From positions 1-64,000 of the IMG/VR virus record IMGVR_UViG_3300005253_000186: a DNA stretch of 64,000 nucleotides, one strand, 5' to 3'. Position 1 is the first letter of the stretch, and each line of letters opens with the position of its first letter. Position numbers and translations under genes: made by a program. The DNA comes from a virus. Shown here piece after piece: positions 45,609 through 56,525 of this stretch. The notes below the pieces were generated by a model that was given only the letters and a program-made list of their open reading frames with translations, did not search any database and was not told the origin of the DNA.

Positions 45609-45683
45609 TAGTTCGCCTGCTTGGATTCGAACCAAGACTAACAGCTCCAAAGGCTGTTGTGCAACCAATTACACCACAGGCGA
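45609..45683 (-). tRNA. tRNA-Gln(TTG)
   Basis: ACAGC-CT TTG GA-GCTGT; 3' end reads ACTA (CCA not encoded). Confidence 0.85.
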
Positions 45684-45933
45684 TCAGCTATTTCTCTTTG
45701 ACGTGTATGCTGTCTCCCCGGCCTTCGTTATCTCTCTTCGCCGCTTCCAGCTTGCTGTTGAAGCCCAGGACCGCGCAGTCCGCGGCTCCGCCCATGGTAG
45801 CGGCGCTGACCTCGCCGACGTTTATGTTGTCAATATAGACCGTCCACTTCTTTACAGGATTCCTCGCCATATCAGACCCTCCGGGTTGGAAGTATAGTTT
45901 TACACAAGATCCTTATACCTGAAAGCTAAAAAA

Positions 45934-46009
45934 GGGAGAGCCGAGTGGGATTCGAACCCACACATAACGGATTTGCAATCCGTCCCCTTAACCATTTGGG
46001 TATCGGCTC
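45934..46009 (-). tRNA. tRNA-Cys(GCA)
   Basis: ACGGA-TT GCA AA-TCCGT, U73 discriminator. Confidence 0.9.
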
Positions 46010-46324
46010 TCAACGCCCTGCTTTTCCTTCCAGAGGTGAAGAAAAGAATGTGAAGAAATTAGCGTAGCTAATTTGTTCGCATTGTTTGTTGAACGCTGTC
46101 ACGGGGGCATTGCCTCCCGTGACATTATCACCAGTATTCATCTCCACGCTGGCGAAGCGCCAGCTCATTGTACCAGGGCCCTGCTTTTATCTTTATTCCC
46201 GCATCGGGTTATCGGGGCATAGTTTCACGGAAACTTATGCCCTCTAACCCGATAGGAAGATTGCTCGCTCCTATAATATCCGTCCCGGCGAAACGCCGGG
46301 TCAATGTACCAGGGCTTAACGCTA

Positions 46325-46401
46325 AGGGCGACCAACCAGATTCGAACTGGCATCTACCTGAGCCACAGTCAGGCGCTCTATCCAATTGAGCTATGGCCGC
46401 C
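46325..46401 (-). tRNA. tRNA-His(GTG)
   Basis: CCTGA-CT GTG GC-TCAGG; G-1:C73. Confidence 0.9.
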
Positions 46402-46496
46402 ATACTTCCCCGACAGCCCTTGAACCGCCTACTGGCGTATCAAGCTCACCCCTTTGAGGGCGCGTGTCGACTCGCACTGTCCACGGGGAATTGTAT

Positions 46497-46572
46497 TGGT
46501 GCGCCGGGTCGGATTCGAACCGACAGACACAAGATCCTAAATCTTGCGGCTCGCCAGATGGCCTACCGACGC
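46497..46572 (-). tRNA. tRNA-Leu(TAG), short variable loop
   Basis: CAAGA-TT TAG GA-TCTTG, ACCA. Confidence 0.85.
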
Positions 46573-46580
46573 GAATATTT

Positions 46581-46657
46581 GGGCTGGCGGGGTGGGGCTC
46601 GAACCCACAAATCTCTCGGTTAACGGCCGAGGGCATGACCAGTTATGCTACCCGCCA
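46581..46657 (-). tRNA. tRNA-Asn(GTT)
   Basis: CTCGG-CC GTT AA-CCGAG (C33), G73. Confidence 0.85.
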
Positions 46658-47097
46658 ATCTTTGTTTCTATAGATACGATCGAGTTCTCGGCGATCTTAT
46701 CCTTTTCCTGTTTGGGAATCTTCACTCCACGCTTGAAGAACTTCCCGATACATATTCTAGAGCAGAATGTCATCGAGACCTTCCTTTTTCTTACGTGGGT
46801 AAGTCTAGCCTCTCGTTCAAACACTTCTCCGCAAAACGGACACTTAATAGTTGCAACAAGTCTCCCCCGCTGCGAAGTATGGTATCTCGAATGCTCCTTA
46901 TGGTCTTGTAGTTCCAGATTTTCGTACCGGTTGTCTCTTTTCTTGCCATTCTTGTGGTGGATGATTTCCCCGTCGCCCGGGATGGACCCAGTAGTTTCCC
47001 ACCAAACAAGATGATGCTCGTAACAGTATCGTCCCCGGTACTTCTTTCCCGGGTAGCCATCAGGAGCCTTGACCAGTTCGTACTCGCCGTTTCTCAT
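46648..47097 (-). CDS. HNH endonuclease (HNH_3-like, homing-type)
   Basis: YEHHLVW...IIHHKNGKKRDNRYENLEL...HSRYH; CPFCG...FCSRIC. Its 3' end overlaps the tRNA-Asn 5' end. Confidence 0.9.
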   Translation of the reverse strand: MRNGEYELVKAPDGYPGKKYRGRYCYEHHLVWWETTGSIPGDGEIIHHKNGKKRDNRYENLELQDHKEHSRYHTSQRGRLVATIKCPFCGEVFEREARLTHVRKRKVSMTFCSRICIGKFFKRGVKIPKQEKDKIAENSIVSIETKIGG

Positions 47098-47103
47098 GCA
47101 GAC

Positions 47104-47132
47104 AGTATAGCCTGCATGATTAACACAGTCAA
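47104..47132 (-). promoter_or_regulatory. sigma70-like promoter TTGACT-N17-TATACT, 6 nt before the HNH ATG
   Basis: Near-consensus -35 and -10 with 17-nt spacer. Confidence 0.7.
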
Positions 47133-47466
47133 GAATAATGCGATACCTAAATCTACCAATGGACAATCCTCTCCCCCGATTATGCTCTCTTGATTCTCTT
47201 CTCCAGATCCCTGAGGTCCTTTCTGATCTTCCGCTTCTTCTCGAACTTCTCCCAGACAGATCCTGGAGTCTTCATCATGAGATCCTCTGCCTGATCGGCC
47301 AGATCCTGGAGCGCCCAGAACAGATCCTCCCTTACGGGAATGTGCTGGAACTCCGCGAACTCAAGGCACTCAAGGTCCTCCTCGGAGATTGTCATGTACG
47401 GATCAGCCAGTTTCGCAATTAACTTGTTCAGCGCCACGAACTTGTTGCACATGTTGATGAGATGAA

Positions 47467-47717
47467 TCATATTCGGCCCTCGTAGATCATGTCTCTGACC
47501 TTGCTCATTACTTCGACCATGCCGCCGAATATTTCGTAGTTGTCGAGATCCGTTACGGTGATCGTTCCGAGGCGATAGGATGCCCTGGCGATGCGGCCCA
47601 GCATAATGCCCTGTCTAGATCTGTCCACATCCGAGATCCCCGTCTTGATCAGATATTTTTCTATCGACCTGGCGAACAGGTCGTGACCTCTGCTGCTTCG
47701 ATTAACGTGCAGATCAT
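47467..47717 (-). pseudogene. Frameshifted member of the MIC family
   Basis: The ATG frame (MICTLIEAAEV...) stops after 18 codons; the -1 frame stays open to the TGA at 47467 that overlaps the next gene start. Confidence 0.5.
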
Positions 47718-47988
47718 GGCAGCATCCCCGCGAAGTTGACCCTTTTATTGAAGAAACTCTCCACGTCCCATAGATGAGCTTCTATCGCAACGAGCAAGGC
47801 AGATATGGCTGGGTCCGGATCGCTGCCACGCATAACCGCAAGGCCGTTCCCAAAGAAGGTTTCAAGGCATGTATGTTTCAGAGAATTCCCGCGGACGCCA
47901 TCGATGTACGCATCGATAGCGATCCTGTATCGTTCTACGACACAGATGGCGCTCAATAATCTGCATATCATGACTTCTCCCTAGGTAT

Positions 47989-48063
47989 TGGTGGAGTCGA
48001 GCGGAATCGAACCGCCGTCTCTTGGCTGCCGACCAAGCGTGCTACCATTGTCACCACGACCCC
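47989..48063 (-). tRNA. tRNA-Ala(GGC)
   Basis: CTTGG-TC GGC AG-CCAAG, G3:U70, ACCA. Confidence 0.85.
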
Positions 48064-48124
48064 ATCGCCGATATTTTTTACGCGGCTCGGCCTAGAAGGA
48101 CTTTCACCTCCACGCCGCAGTATT

Positions 48125-48200
48125 TGGTGGACCCGGCGGGAGTCGAACCCGCGACCTCCTGCGTGCAAAGCAGGTGCTCTCCCAATTGAGCTACAGGCCC
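48125..48200 (-). tRNA. tRNA-Ala(TGC)
   Basis: CCTGC-TT TGC AC-GCAGG, G3:U70, ACCA. Confidence 0.95.
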
Positions 48201-51172
48201 TTATACCGGATATACCTCCGCTCGAAGTGCCACTGGATCTCTTTGGCCCAGTTGTAGCACCCATGATATGTCTGAATGATTTGCTCTGAGTTGGGCAGGC
48301 CACTATTATACAGCCATCTGACCTGATGGGCGTGCAGATTACACGCCTTTTTATTGAGGGCGGAGCCGGCCATGTCAGCGCTCAAATCCATATTTGCAAT
48401 CTCGTAGAGAATGTCTGAACATCTCATCAGGGCCCCAATCATGATCACACTCCCGACTTGATCTGCGCCTCGTAGTCCTTGTCGTAGATCGTGTTCATCT
48501 GGGTCTCCTCGATCATTTTCTTCCTCTTACTGAAGTGGGTCGACAGGCGCCTCAGTATAATAAGGCTTTCGCGAAGGTCTGACATTAGATCGGGATCTGA
48601 ATGCTTCCGTTGCATCCCGCGGAGATGATAGAGATCTCTCTGCCATAAGTAAATCTCGTCGACACGGAAGCGGCAGTAGTCGAAGTCTAGACTTTCCTTG
48701 TCGAACTGTATGACCCGGTGAAGGGCGTTCGCCTCAGAGATCATGGTTCCAATCATCCGAACTTCTTCCATTGTCCCGGCCTCCATCTCCTTCTTGCCTT
48801 CCGCTCCATGATTGCGAGCCGATACATGATCGATGAGGACTCGTGGTCTCCGAGCACAGAGAGATCCGACCCAGCCGACTCGAATACGTCCACCCTGTAC
48901 GACCAGTTGTAATCACCCCTGCCGGACATGATAAAGTTGACATGGTCCAGGACGGAGATGATCTTCAGCAGTCTCAAGATCATTGCATCATCCTCCCGAG
49001 CTCATCTTCGGCGTCGAGGTTGTGGATCGCCTGCATTGGAAGTCCAAGGGCCCTGCCCGCCGCCCTCGCTGCAACATCTCCAGACTCGCGGTCGCCAAGC
49101 ATATCGAGCTCGGCTGAGATTCTCGTTAGGCTTCCGGCCATCGATCCACTGTGCCACTTGGGCCAGGCGCTTAGGAAATTCTGGAGATCGTCCAGATGGC
49201 CTATGATTTCCAGCAATGAGCAGATCATGGCACGACCAGAACGGTCTTCAGACTGCCCAGATAGGGCACGCTGTAGACGACGTTCGGCCCCATGGTCTCC
49301 CTTCCCTTAAAAGGGAGCATGATAGACATGCTCCTTGCCCTGCCGGCGATGCTAGCGGAGTCGTAGTCTTCCCGCGCTATAAGCTCGTCTTCAACCCGGC
49401 CAAAGGCGTGGTATCTTTTCTGCGTGTTGCAGTGAGTCCAGTTGTCGATCCAGTACTGGAGTTCGTCCAGCAGCTCAATGGTCCTGAGAAGATTGCAGAT
49501 CATCCTCTCGTCCTCCTCTCGTAGAGCGCCTCTCCAATGATCGACAGGCGCAGCAAGACTATTCTCGACTCCCGATCTCCGAAGCCCCGTATCGATCGTA
49601 CCATATTGGTGAGCCTATGATGCATGGTCGTGATGTATGCCTCGAATCTGTCCATGGCGAATCGGGCATCACCCCTGTACAGAAGGATCTCCAAGCGAAC
49701 CGGAATGTCTTCCGAGAGTTTTTCGAGAAATCTTGCTTCGGCCATGTGTGCGCAGATCATCGTATTGCCGCTCCTGCCTGATGAAGAATTGCTAGCGCGT
49801 GGGCGGAGACCGTCTTGCCAGACTCTTTGAATCCAGGTTTCCTTGACATTTCTTCTCCCTTCAACCACTTCGCCATGAGCGTATCTGCCGTCCACCGGGA
49901 CAACCACGCCCCTTCTCTCTTCTGACAGGAGTAGGCGATGAAGTCCGCGATTATTTCCAGCTCGTTGACTTGCTCTATCTCTTCCAGTAGCGGGCAGATC
50001 ATTTAGACTCCTCCTCCGACAATCTGTCCTAGTTCGCTGTACGTCGCATTCGCCTTGAGATCTCTTACGCGCCGGAAGGTCTCCAAAATGAACCTCGCCA
50101 TTTCAGTGATGGCACGGTAGGAGTTTGAGTCGCATACAACCGTGCACTCGCATCGCGTTATTAGATCGGCCAGCGCATCTTCGGCCTCGTGGAGGTCAAT
50201 GCTGCTCATATTTGGGCATTCGAGTGACAGCCGGTTCATCGCATCGCTTACTCGTTCTAGGCAGTCTGAAGTATCCAGCAGATTGACTAGGAGAATCATG
50301 TCGTGCTCCTTAACCAAGTTACCGCCATCTAGATCTCCCGATTTCTCCAAAAAATTGCGACGATGTTATCCATCGAGCTCTCGGCGCGCCTGATGAATTC
50401 TTTGGTTTCGTTAAAGACCACATAGTCTGCCCTGTCCTTGCATGTCATTCTATGTATACTCCAGAACGATTCATTGAAGAAGTCCCGCATTTCGTCGACC
50501 AGCCCCATGTGGCTTCTGGCGCGCCAGCGGACTATGAAGTAGCTCATCTTCGCAGTTATGTCGTCGACGATCTCAATCGACTCAAGGATAGGGCAGATCA
50601 TATGGATCCCCCTCTTGTGTCGTAGACGAAAATGATTCGATCGACACGGCACAGCCGATCTCCTCCAGCGTCGTGCAGTCGTGCCGCGGATGCAGAAAGT
50701 GAGCCTCTTCGATCTTTCGGCTCCCGCATATCTTGAACAACCTCTGGGCGTCCTGGGTCAGGTCGAAGGCATCGTCGAAATCGTTATTCCAGACCCCCTG
50801 CGCACCAAAGCTTTGGTGTCGCTTGAAGAGTTCTGTTCTGATAGTTTTCAGATTGATTAGGTCCCCCATTAAGAACATCTCGGTTATTCTACTGAAAATG
50901 TCGGCCGTTTCAAGCAGTAGGCGTAGTCCCATGCGCCCTCCTGACCTTGTCTCCTCCGTGGTTCATTACCGCGGCGACCAGGCGAACCGACATGGCGTAG
51001 GTCTCTATCAGCTCCCTGGTCTGGTGCTTCGATACCTGAATACCTAGGCCGGTCGAAATAGCGCTTAAGTCGACGAAGTTTCCCATGGAAAATAGGTTGC
51101 GCATATTTTCGGTGATGGCCGCCATCCTGAGGCAGTGGCAAAAGGGTGACATGGTTTGCTCCTAAAAGAAAA

Positions 51173-51248
51173 TGGTGTCGGGAGCCGGCACTGCCCCGGC
51201 GACCTCCTGTGCTTCAAACAGGCGCTCTACTATCTGAGCTATCCCGAC
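51173..51248 (-). tRNA. tRNA-Phe(GAA) with non-canonical T-loop
   Basis: CCTGT-TT GAA GC-ACAGG; T-loop GGCAGTG; ACCA. Confidence 0.85.
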
Positions 51249-51340
51249 ACCTATAATCGGCGTGCCGCCGGCAGGGAGTGACCGACGACACACCGTCACA
51301 TTATAGGAGATTTTATCTATATTCGGTTGTCAAAGAGCAC

Positions 51341-51496
51341 AAAAAAACCCCGCCCTGACTGGTCTCAGGAGCGGGGTGAAGTCGAGACCAGTCGAAGTTA
51401 CGCAGGCGAATTCAGGTAGGCCAACGCCCGCGAGGACGCAATTCGGCATGCGCTAAAGCGCTGATGCCGTAATTGTTTGGCTGACCTGAGTATCAC
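51341..51496 (-). promoter_or_regulatory. Attenuator-like leader: short ORF (51398-51496) plus alternative antiterminator/terminator
   Basis: GACTGGTCTC can pair with GAGACCAGTC, excluding the terminator CCCCGCTCCTGA..TCAGGGCGGGG-T7. Confidence 0.55.
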
Positions 51497-51523
51497 CGGT
51501 TTAGCTCCGACCGGAAGAGTTTT

Positions 51524-51598
51524 TGGTAGCAGGAGAGGGACTCGAACCCTCGATCTCTACGTTATGAGCGTAGCGAGATACCGCTTCTCCATCCTGCG
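51524..51598 (-). tRNA. tRNA-Met(CAT), initiator-like C1 mismatch
   Basis: CTACG-CT CAT AA-CGTAG; C1xU72; ACCA. Confidence 0.85.
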
Positions 51599-51660
51599 AT
51601 CGTCAAAGGGCACACTACTCTATCTTTCTTATACCGTCAAGTAGGTAGTTCCGGAATTTT

Positions 51661-51736
51661 TGGAAGCCACGGTGGGAATCGAACCCACTAGAAGGACCCT
51701 TATGAGAGGTCCCGAGGTGCCAACCTCCTCGTGGCT
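51661..51736 (-). tRNA. tRNA-Met(CAT), atypical
   Basis: GACCT-CT CAT AA-GGGTC; short D-loop; TCCA end. Confidence 0.75.
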
Positions 51737-51861
51737 ATAGCCCTGTGTACTCCAGGAAGATCATGACTGCCACAAGGTAAATGGCCATTCCGATCCAGAG
51801 AATCCAGAACTTCCACCGTGGTGTGGGTTCGAAATCCTCCATGGTCACCTCAAGGTAAAAA

Positions 51862-51938
51862 TGGTCGGGGCAGTGGGCTCCGCCCCCACGACCTCCTGCT
51901 CCCAAAGCAGGCGCGCTACTAAGCTGCGCTATGCCCCG
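51862..51938 (-). tRNA. tRNA-Pro(TGG) with non-canonical T-loop
   Basis: CCTGC-TT TGG GA-GCAGG; T-loop GGCGGAG; ACCA. Confidence 0.85.
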
Positions 51939-52206
51939 ACCTTCCTACATGCAGTAGGGATTACACTTTGGACACGGACAAGAGATCGCGCAGGCCTTCG
52001 AGCGCTGTCCGATTGGCTTCTTCGCCTCGTTCTTGAAGAACCGATCGACCATACAGGGCATGGTCTCTCTGCTGAGAATCGGCTGGATCACCTCGTTGAG
52101 CTTTTTCCAGAAATCATCCGGGGCTGCCGAAAACGGATCGATCCGTTCGTTAAGTTGATCTGAGTCAATCGTTTGTAGTCTTGCGCTGTCTACCATTTTC
52201 CGCTCC

Positions 52207-52401
52207 TCACTCTGGGCTTCGCAGGATTTCGATCCCAACGACATTCCCGCCCTTGTCATAGTCGATATTGATCTCGCTGTTGATCTCAATCGTCTGTTCA
52301 ATATCACGATCACGGAGTCTAAGATACGCCGCGTCTGTCTTCGGGTCCACTGATAAGATGAATATTTTCCCACCAAATCCCGGCAACTTTGTGCTAGCCA
52401 C
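52207..52401 (-). CDS. DUF2283-like protein
   Basis: DPKTDAAYLRL...T.EI...INIDYDKGGNVVGIEIL. Confidence 0.7.
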   Translation of the reverse strand: MASTKLPGFGGKIFILSVDPKTDAAYLRLRDRDIEQTIEINSEINIDYDKGGNVVGIEILRSPE

Positions 52402-53047
52402 GATTGTCGTCCCTCAGCTCTTCGATGGTCCGCAGGCCCATGCGCCACATGGCGCCCTGGATGAACCCGAGCCAGCGCATGGCTTCCTCGGTCTTCCCTG
52501 ACTTCATGAGATCGATCGCTTTCAGGCACGTTTTCTTGAGATGATCCGTGAAACTGCGCTCGAATGGCACGCAGTCTACCAGATTCTGGACGAGAGTGTA
52601 CTCGTAATTTTCGAGGATCTCCACAAATTGGTCCTGGGTCATAGTTCGTTCTCGATAAAGAAGGCTATATCGGTGAAGTTCTCGCCCTTGTCGTTCATCT
52701 CGATCAAAGTAGTCTCGTCGTCATGGTCTAGGCCAGACCAACTCGCCACTTCTTTTGGGGTCTCTTCACCGCTCCCCAGATAAGATAGCTCCTTGGACAT
52801 GATCTTCTTGACTTTTCCTTTGCTCCCGACGAACTTGGACTTGGACTTGTAATTTCTACTTTCCTCCCAGCCACCGCCACTGCTCTCTTCCGCATGGATG
52901 TTGCAGAGCACGCCCAGGCAGCAGAATCCGGTCCTGCCACTACTGGTGGTCTCCGCACACAGGGTTCCCTGGATCTGGTCATACTGGCCGCTGCGGAGCG
53001 CCGTGATCCACTTCTTTTTGACCTTCTTGTTCATCTTCCCCTCCTTG

Positions 53048-53494
53048 CTATTCAGATGCCATCTTATCAATGGATCCCCAGGCCACCTCATCGTCTTGAA
53101 GCGGCTCATGTTCGGCGGCCATCTTCTCGATGATAGGAATTATATCCTGCCGGTCCGAGCGGTAGGCTCGAATTACGCACGTATCAACGTCGGCCTCAAT
53201 GACTTTCCAGATTGTCGTCCACTGACCGTCGATCCATGCGTCGCGTCGTTTCCGCGTGTTGTTGGTGGCGTCGAGGATGACGACCTTGTGTCCGGCGTGG
53301 AACAGGGCGCGGACCATTGTCTTTGCGATTGCCCATACATGTGGCTCGGCCTCAGGTGCGAATCTCTGTCCGTGCAGGGCCAGGCGGATTGCGTCAGGAC
53401 ATACGATGGGACCTCCGTGCGCCTGGGCGAACGTGGACTTTCCACTCCGCGGGAGTCCGACCGTTCCAATCAGTACCAGTTTTATGTCGTCCAT
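53048..53494 (-). CDS. P-loop kinase (AAA_33 / polynucleotide kinase-like)
   Basis: VGLPRSGKSTFA, VCPDAIR, VILDATN...RR. Confidence 0.85.
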   Translation of the reverse strand: MDDIKLVLIGTVGLPRSGKSTFAQAHGGPIVCPDAIRLALHGQRFAPEAEPHVWAIAKTMVRALFHAGHKVVILDATNNTRKRRDAWIDGQWTTIWKVIEADVDTCVIRAYRSDRQDIIPIIEKMAAEHEPLQDDEVAWGSIDKMASE

Positions 53495-54168
53495 CTTTTC
53501 AACTCCGTGTCCGCCTTCAGATAGAGCGGGTGTCTGGGGTGCCCATCTTTGGTGAGGCCGAGCTGCCCGCTCCAATTCATACAATCACAGTTTTTTCCCT
53601 GGAGCAATTGGCGCTCGCAGTTCAGTGCAGCCAACTTCAGCCATCGGATGCGAGTAACTCATACCCATCGGAACACCCTTGAAGTGGAAATCCAGGCCGC
53701 AATCCGCACACTTGATCTTGATTTCTGCCATGAACTCCATCACGTCTTCGATCCTGGCGACATTAACATTCGCTTCGAAGTTGCGATGATCACATATCCC
53801 ATCCATCAGGCGCTCCCTCCCCCTTCTGTTTTACTGGTATGTTGTTGGTAGTCGACAAGCCTCGCGAAGACGTGGAATCCGCATTCTTCTGGGCAGACCA
53901 GGCTTGGATTTAGTGTCCCGTCGTCGGCGACGGTATGATCGAGATTGCCAAAAGCTCCGCAGTCAGGGCAGGAGACCTTCACGTACTTGCCGGCGAAGAT
54001 CGTCCACGTGCCCTTCGTGGGTTTCCATCTTGATTCCCAATCTGCATACGGAATATCGTAGATTGCCATCAGCCGGTTTCCCCATTTTGTCCGGCCCGCT
54101 CTCAAAGCCAGCCTCACTCCACAACCACCTTTAGCTCGGCCCACACCTTGATGGCAAACGTAATAAGT

Positions 54169-54528
54169 TGGTGGAGGTGCCCGGATTCGAACCGGGGTCT
54201 TGAAATGCATCCAAATGCGCGTTTACGTGCGTAGAAGGTTCTGATCGCCTTCGGCCTTTGGTCAACAGATTCCAGCAAGATCGCCTAGGCCTACACGGCG
54301 AATTATGTCTCAATCACCTGAACGCCGAACGCAGATGATCCAGTCGTAGTTCGTCCGATCTCCAGCTACGACGACAACCTCGCCGGGATCGGGACTACCT
54401 ATTCCTAGGCAGCCATGCGGTAGCCGTTGTCGGCACCTAATTTGTCATCGGATTTTTACGTGGCCTTCCGATGAACCACGGCACGAAGCAACATTCTTCC
54501 TCATCCAATCGATTCCTATATCACCCCC
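54169..54528 (-). ncRNA. ssrA: tmRNA; tag peptide ADNGYRMAA* (54405-54434)
   Basis: 5' GGGGGTGA...ATCGA and 3' GACCCCGGTTCGAATCCGGGCACCTCCACCA, G3:U70 acceptor, 360 nt, tag ORF ending AA-stop. Confidence 0.92.
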
Positions 54529-55012
54529 ATATTCGTTGAGTGTGACTTCCTAGACTGCTCGTTCTTTCAGGTCCCCCGTGAGGTTCCCGTCCGGCACGAT
54601 CAGGTCTGCGCTGGCGCCTTGTACGGGATCGGTTCTTCATCGGCGAAACGCCAATAGTAACCGTGTGCTCCCGCACTGGACTTATGGCCCACAGACGACG
54701 CATGCTCAATCTGTCGTCCGCCCGAATCCCGACGATTCTTGTCAGGGGATACGAACGTCAAATTGATGCATGGGATATAGTCGCTGTCCCATTCGCCGTG
54801 GACACAATTCACCAACGCATTCAGCGGACGGCCCTTCGTATCGTGAAAGATACAGGGATCGCCCACCTCCAGGGTACGCTTACCCATCCTGCTTCACCTC
54901 CTCTCAAGAGAAAGGGTTGCAAAATAGACAGGCCCATCGCCCGTCACACTCAGATTGTCAAAGAACATAATGCGGTCGATCCCCGTAGGGACTACAGCGA
55001 CCGGGGTTTTAA

Positions 55013-55087
55013 TGGAGCTACCACTCGGATTTGCACCGAGACCTCTAGGGTACAGGCCTAGCGTGCTGCTGTTATCACTATGGCAGC
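55013..55087 (-). tRNA. tRNA-Thr(TGT)
   Basis: CTAGG-CC TGT AC-CCTAG; T-loop TGCAAAT; TCCA. Confidence 0.85.
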
Positions 55088-55461
55088 TAGTTGAGCTTCT
55101 TTGCTCTCTGCGGCCACCAGAAGTGGCCGGCCACGAATCCCCCGACGAACACGATCAGGGGCACCCACAAGTCTATCGCCAACTCGTTGTGCAGCGCAAC
55201 AAGATTCGCCGCAATTAAAACAACAGAGCTGATGATCATGGCGAGTACATTCCACTTTCCTCCATCCTTCTTATTCCAGAAAAGATGGCCCATTATGCCC
55301 CCGATACTCCAGGGGAGCAGCCAGAGCCGGTAGCTGGTATCTCTGGCAATCTCGGAGATCGTATCTCCCCGCATATCGTTGGCGGCGACGATAATGTCCC
55401 AGATTAGCAGGATGATCCCTATCACAATCAGTATCCAGGTGGTGGTTTTTCGATTGTCCAT
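55087..55461 (-). CDS. Membrane protein with duplicated GH(L/F)(F/W)W helices
   Basis: Four hydrophobic segments; GGIMGHLFW and GFVAGHFWW. Confidence 0.7.
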   Translation of the reverse strand: MDNRKTTTWILIVIGIILLIWDIIVAANDMRGDTISEIARDTSYRLWLLPWSIGGIMGHLFWNKKDGGKWNVLAMIISSVVLIAANLVALHNELAIDLWVPLIVFVGGFVAGHFWWPQRAKKLN

Positions 55462-56099
55462 CGTTACGCCCTCCGTGAAGTTGCCGACTATTGTACCAGA
55501 GGATGTTGAAAGAGTCCAGGCGACTGGGGTCGAGGTGGTGTCCTAATTTGATTCTCGGGTTTGGTGATGGCCGCGTGGGCAGAGGCTATGTGCGAAAGTG
55601 CTTTAGGAGCGCGGCGAGAGCTATACTCACGTAGTAGATGATGATGGCAGATAGAGCCGCGACCTTTGCGATTTTTATTGAGTTGCGCACGAGCGCTCGC
55701 GCCTCGACCGGGTCGTAGGGCGTGATGATTGACGATAGGCGGTGGAATATCCCTCCCGACGCGCTCGAAACAAATGTCAGCAGACACCCCGCCAAAGAAA
55801 TGAGAAGTATCTCATCCCAGAGCCTGCTGCCGTTGATCCGTGGCGATCCGCGACATTTGCCCTTACGCCAGTCCATCTGCGTCGGGCTTGGGGATCTGAG
55901 CACAAACGAGCGCCCCACCGAGACGCTCTTCCAACCATGCGAATAATTTTTCAGTGACTTGTAGGACGCCTTCCACGGCGGGAAAAGGAAGAGTAGCACC
56001 ACAATGCTCGCAAACACTCCTGAGATCACCCGCTGTTCCTTCTCGAATTTCATGGACCTCCCCTCTCCTCATTGTAAGTGTGCTTGTGCAAATCAATCC

Positions 56100-56358
56100 T
56101 CTGGCCCGGGTAGTTCATCACTGCCTTTCTCCAAGCGGCGACACGACCACTAAGCAGGGGCGTTGCTGAAGTCGCCGGGTGTTTCCACGAAGTTTCCCTA
56201 GGCTCCTCCGTGGCCCGTTCACGGCATGTCCATCCACGCTGCACGCATTCTCAATGCTCACGACACGCGGCCGACTCGAACGGCCTGAGTGGGTCTTCCG
56301 CCCACTAGCGTTGGCGCCGACGCTTGTGCATTCCCGCGCACTTCGCACGTGCCGTAGA
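56100..56358 (-). ncRNA. Candidate ~260-nt multi-hairpin ncRNA directly downstream of tRNA-Val
   Basis: Serial stems ACGGCA/TGCCGT, AGCGT/ACGCT, AGTGGG/CCCACT, GGCCG-TTCGAGT-CGGCC, GCATT/AATGC, CCACGGAG/CTTCGTGG, CGGCGAC/GTCGCCG; no credible CDS. Confidence 0.55.
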
Positions 56359-56361
56359 GTT

Positions 56362-56438
56362 TGGTGGGCCCAGCAGGACTTGAACCTGCATGACTCCTGC
56401 TTGTAAGGCAGGCGCTTGGCCAATTAAGCTATGGGCCC
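56362..56438 (-). tRNA. tRNA-Val(TAC)
   Basis: CCTGC-CT TAC AA-GCAGG, ACCA. Confidence 0.9.
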
Positions 56439-56441
56439 ACC

Positions 56442-56517
56442 TGGTAGGCCGCCTCGGAATCGAACCGAGATCTTCCTGATTAAGAATCAGGAGCATTCCC
56501 TGTTATGCTAACGACCC
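56442..56517 (-). tRNA. tRNA-Lys(CTT)
   Basis: CCTGA-TT CTT AA-TCAGG, ACCA. Confidence 0.9.
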
Positions 56518-56525
56518 ATTGGTCT

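Larger units (their letters stand above)
47180..51152 (-). other. Array of ~14 small helical paralogous CDSs beginning M-I-(C)-x-L-L-x-x-I
   Basis: MICRLLSAI, MILRLLKII, MICSLLEII, MICNLLRTI, MICAHMAEA, MICPLLEEI, MICPILESI, MICTLIEAA and others; mostly ATGA-coupled. Confidence 0.7.
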
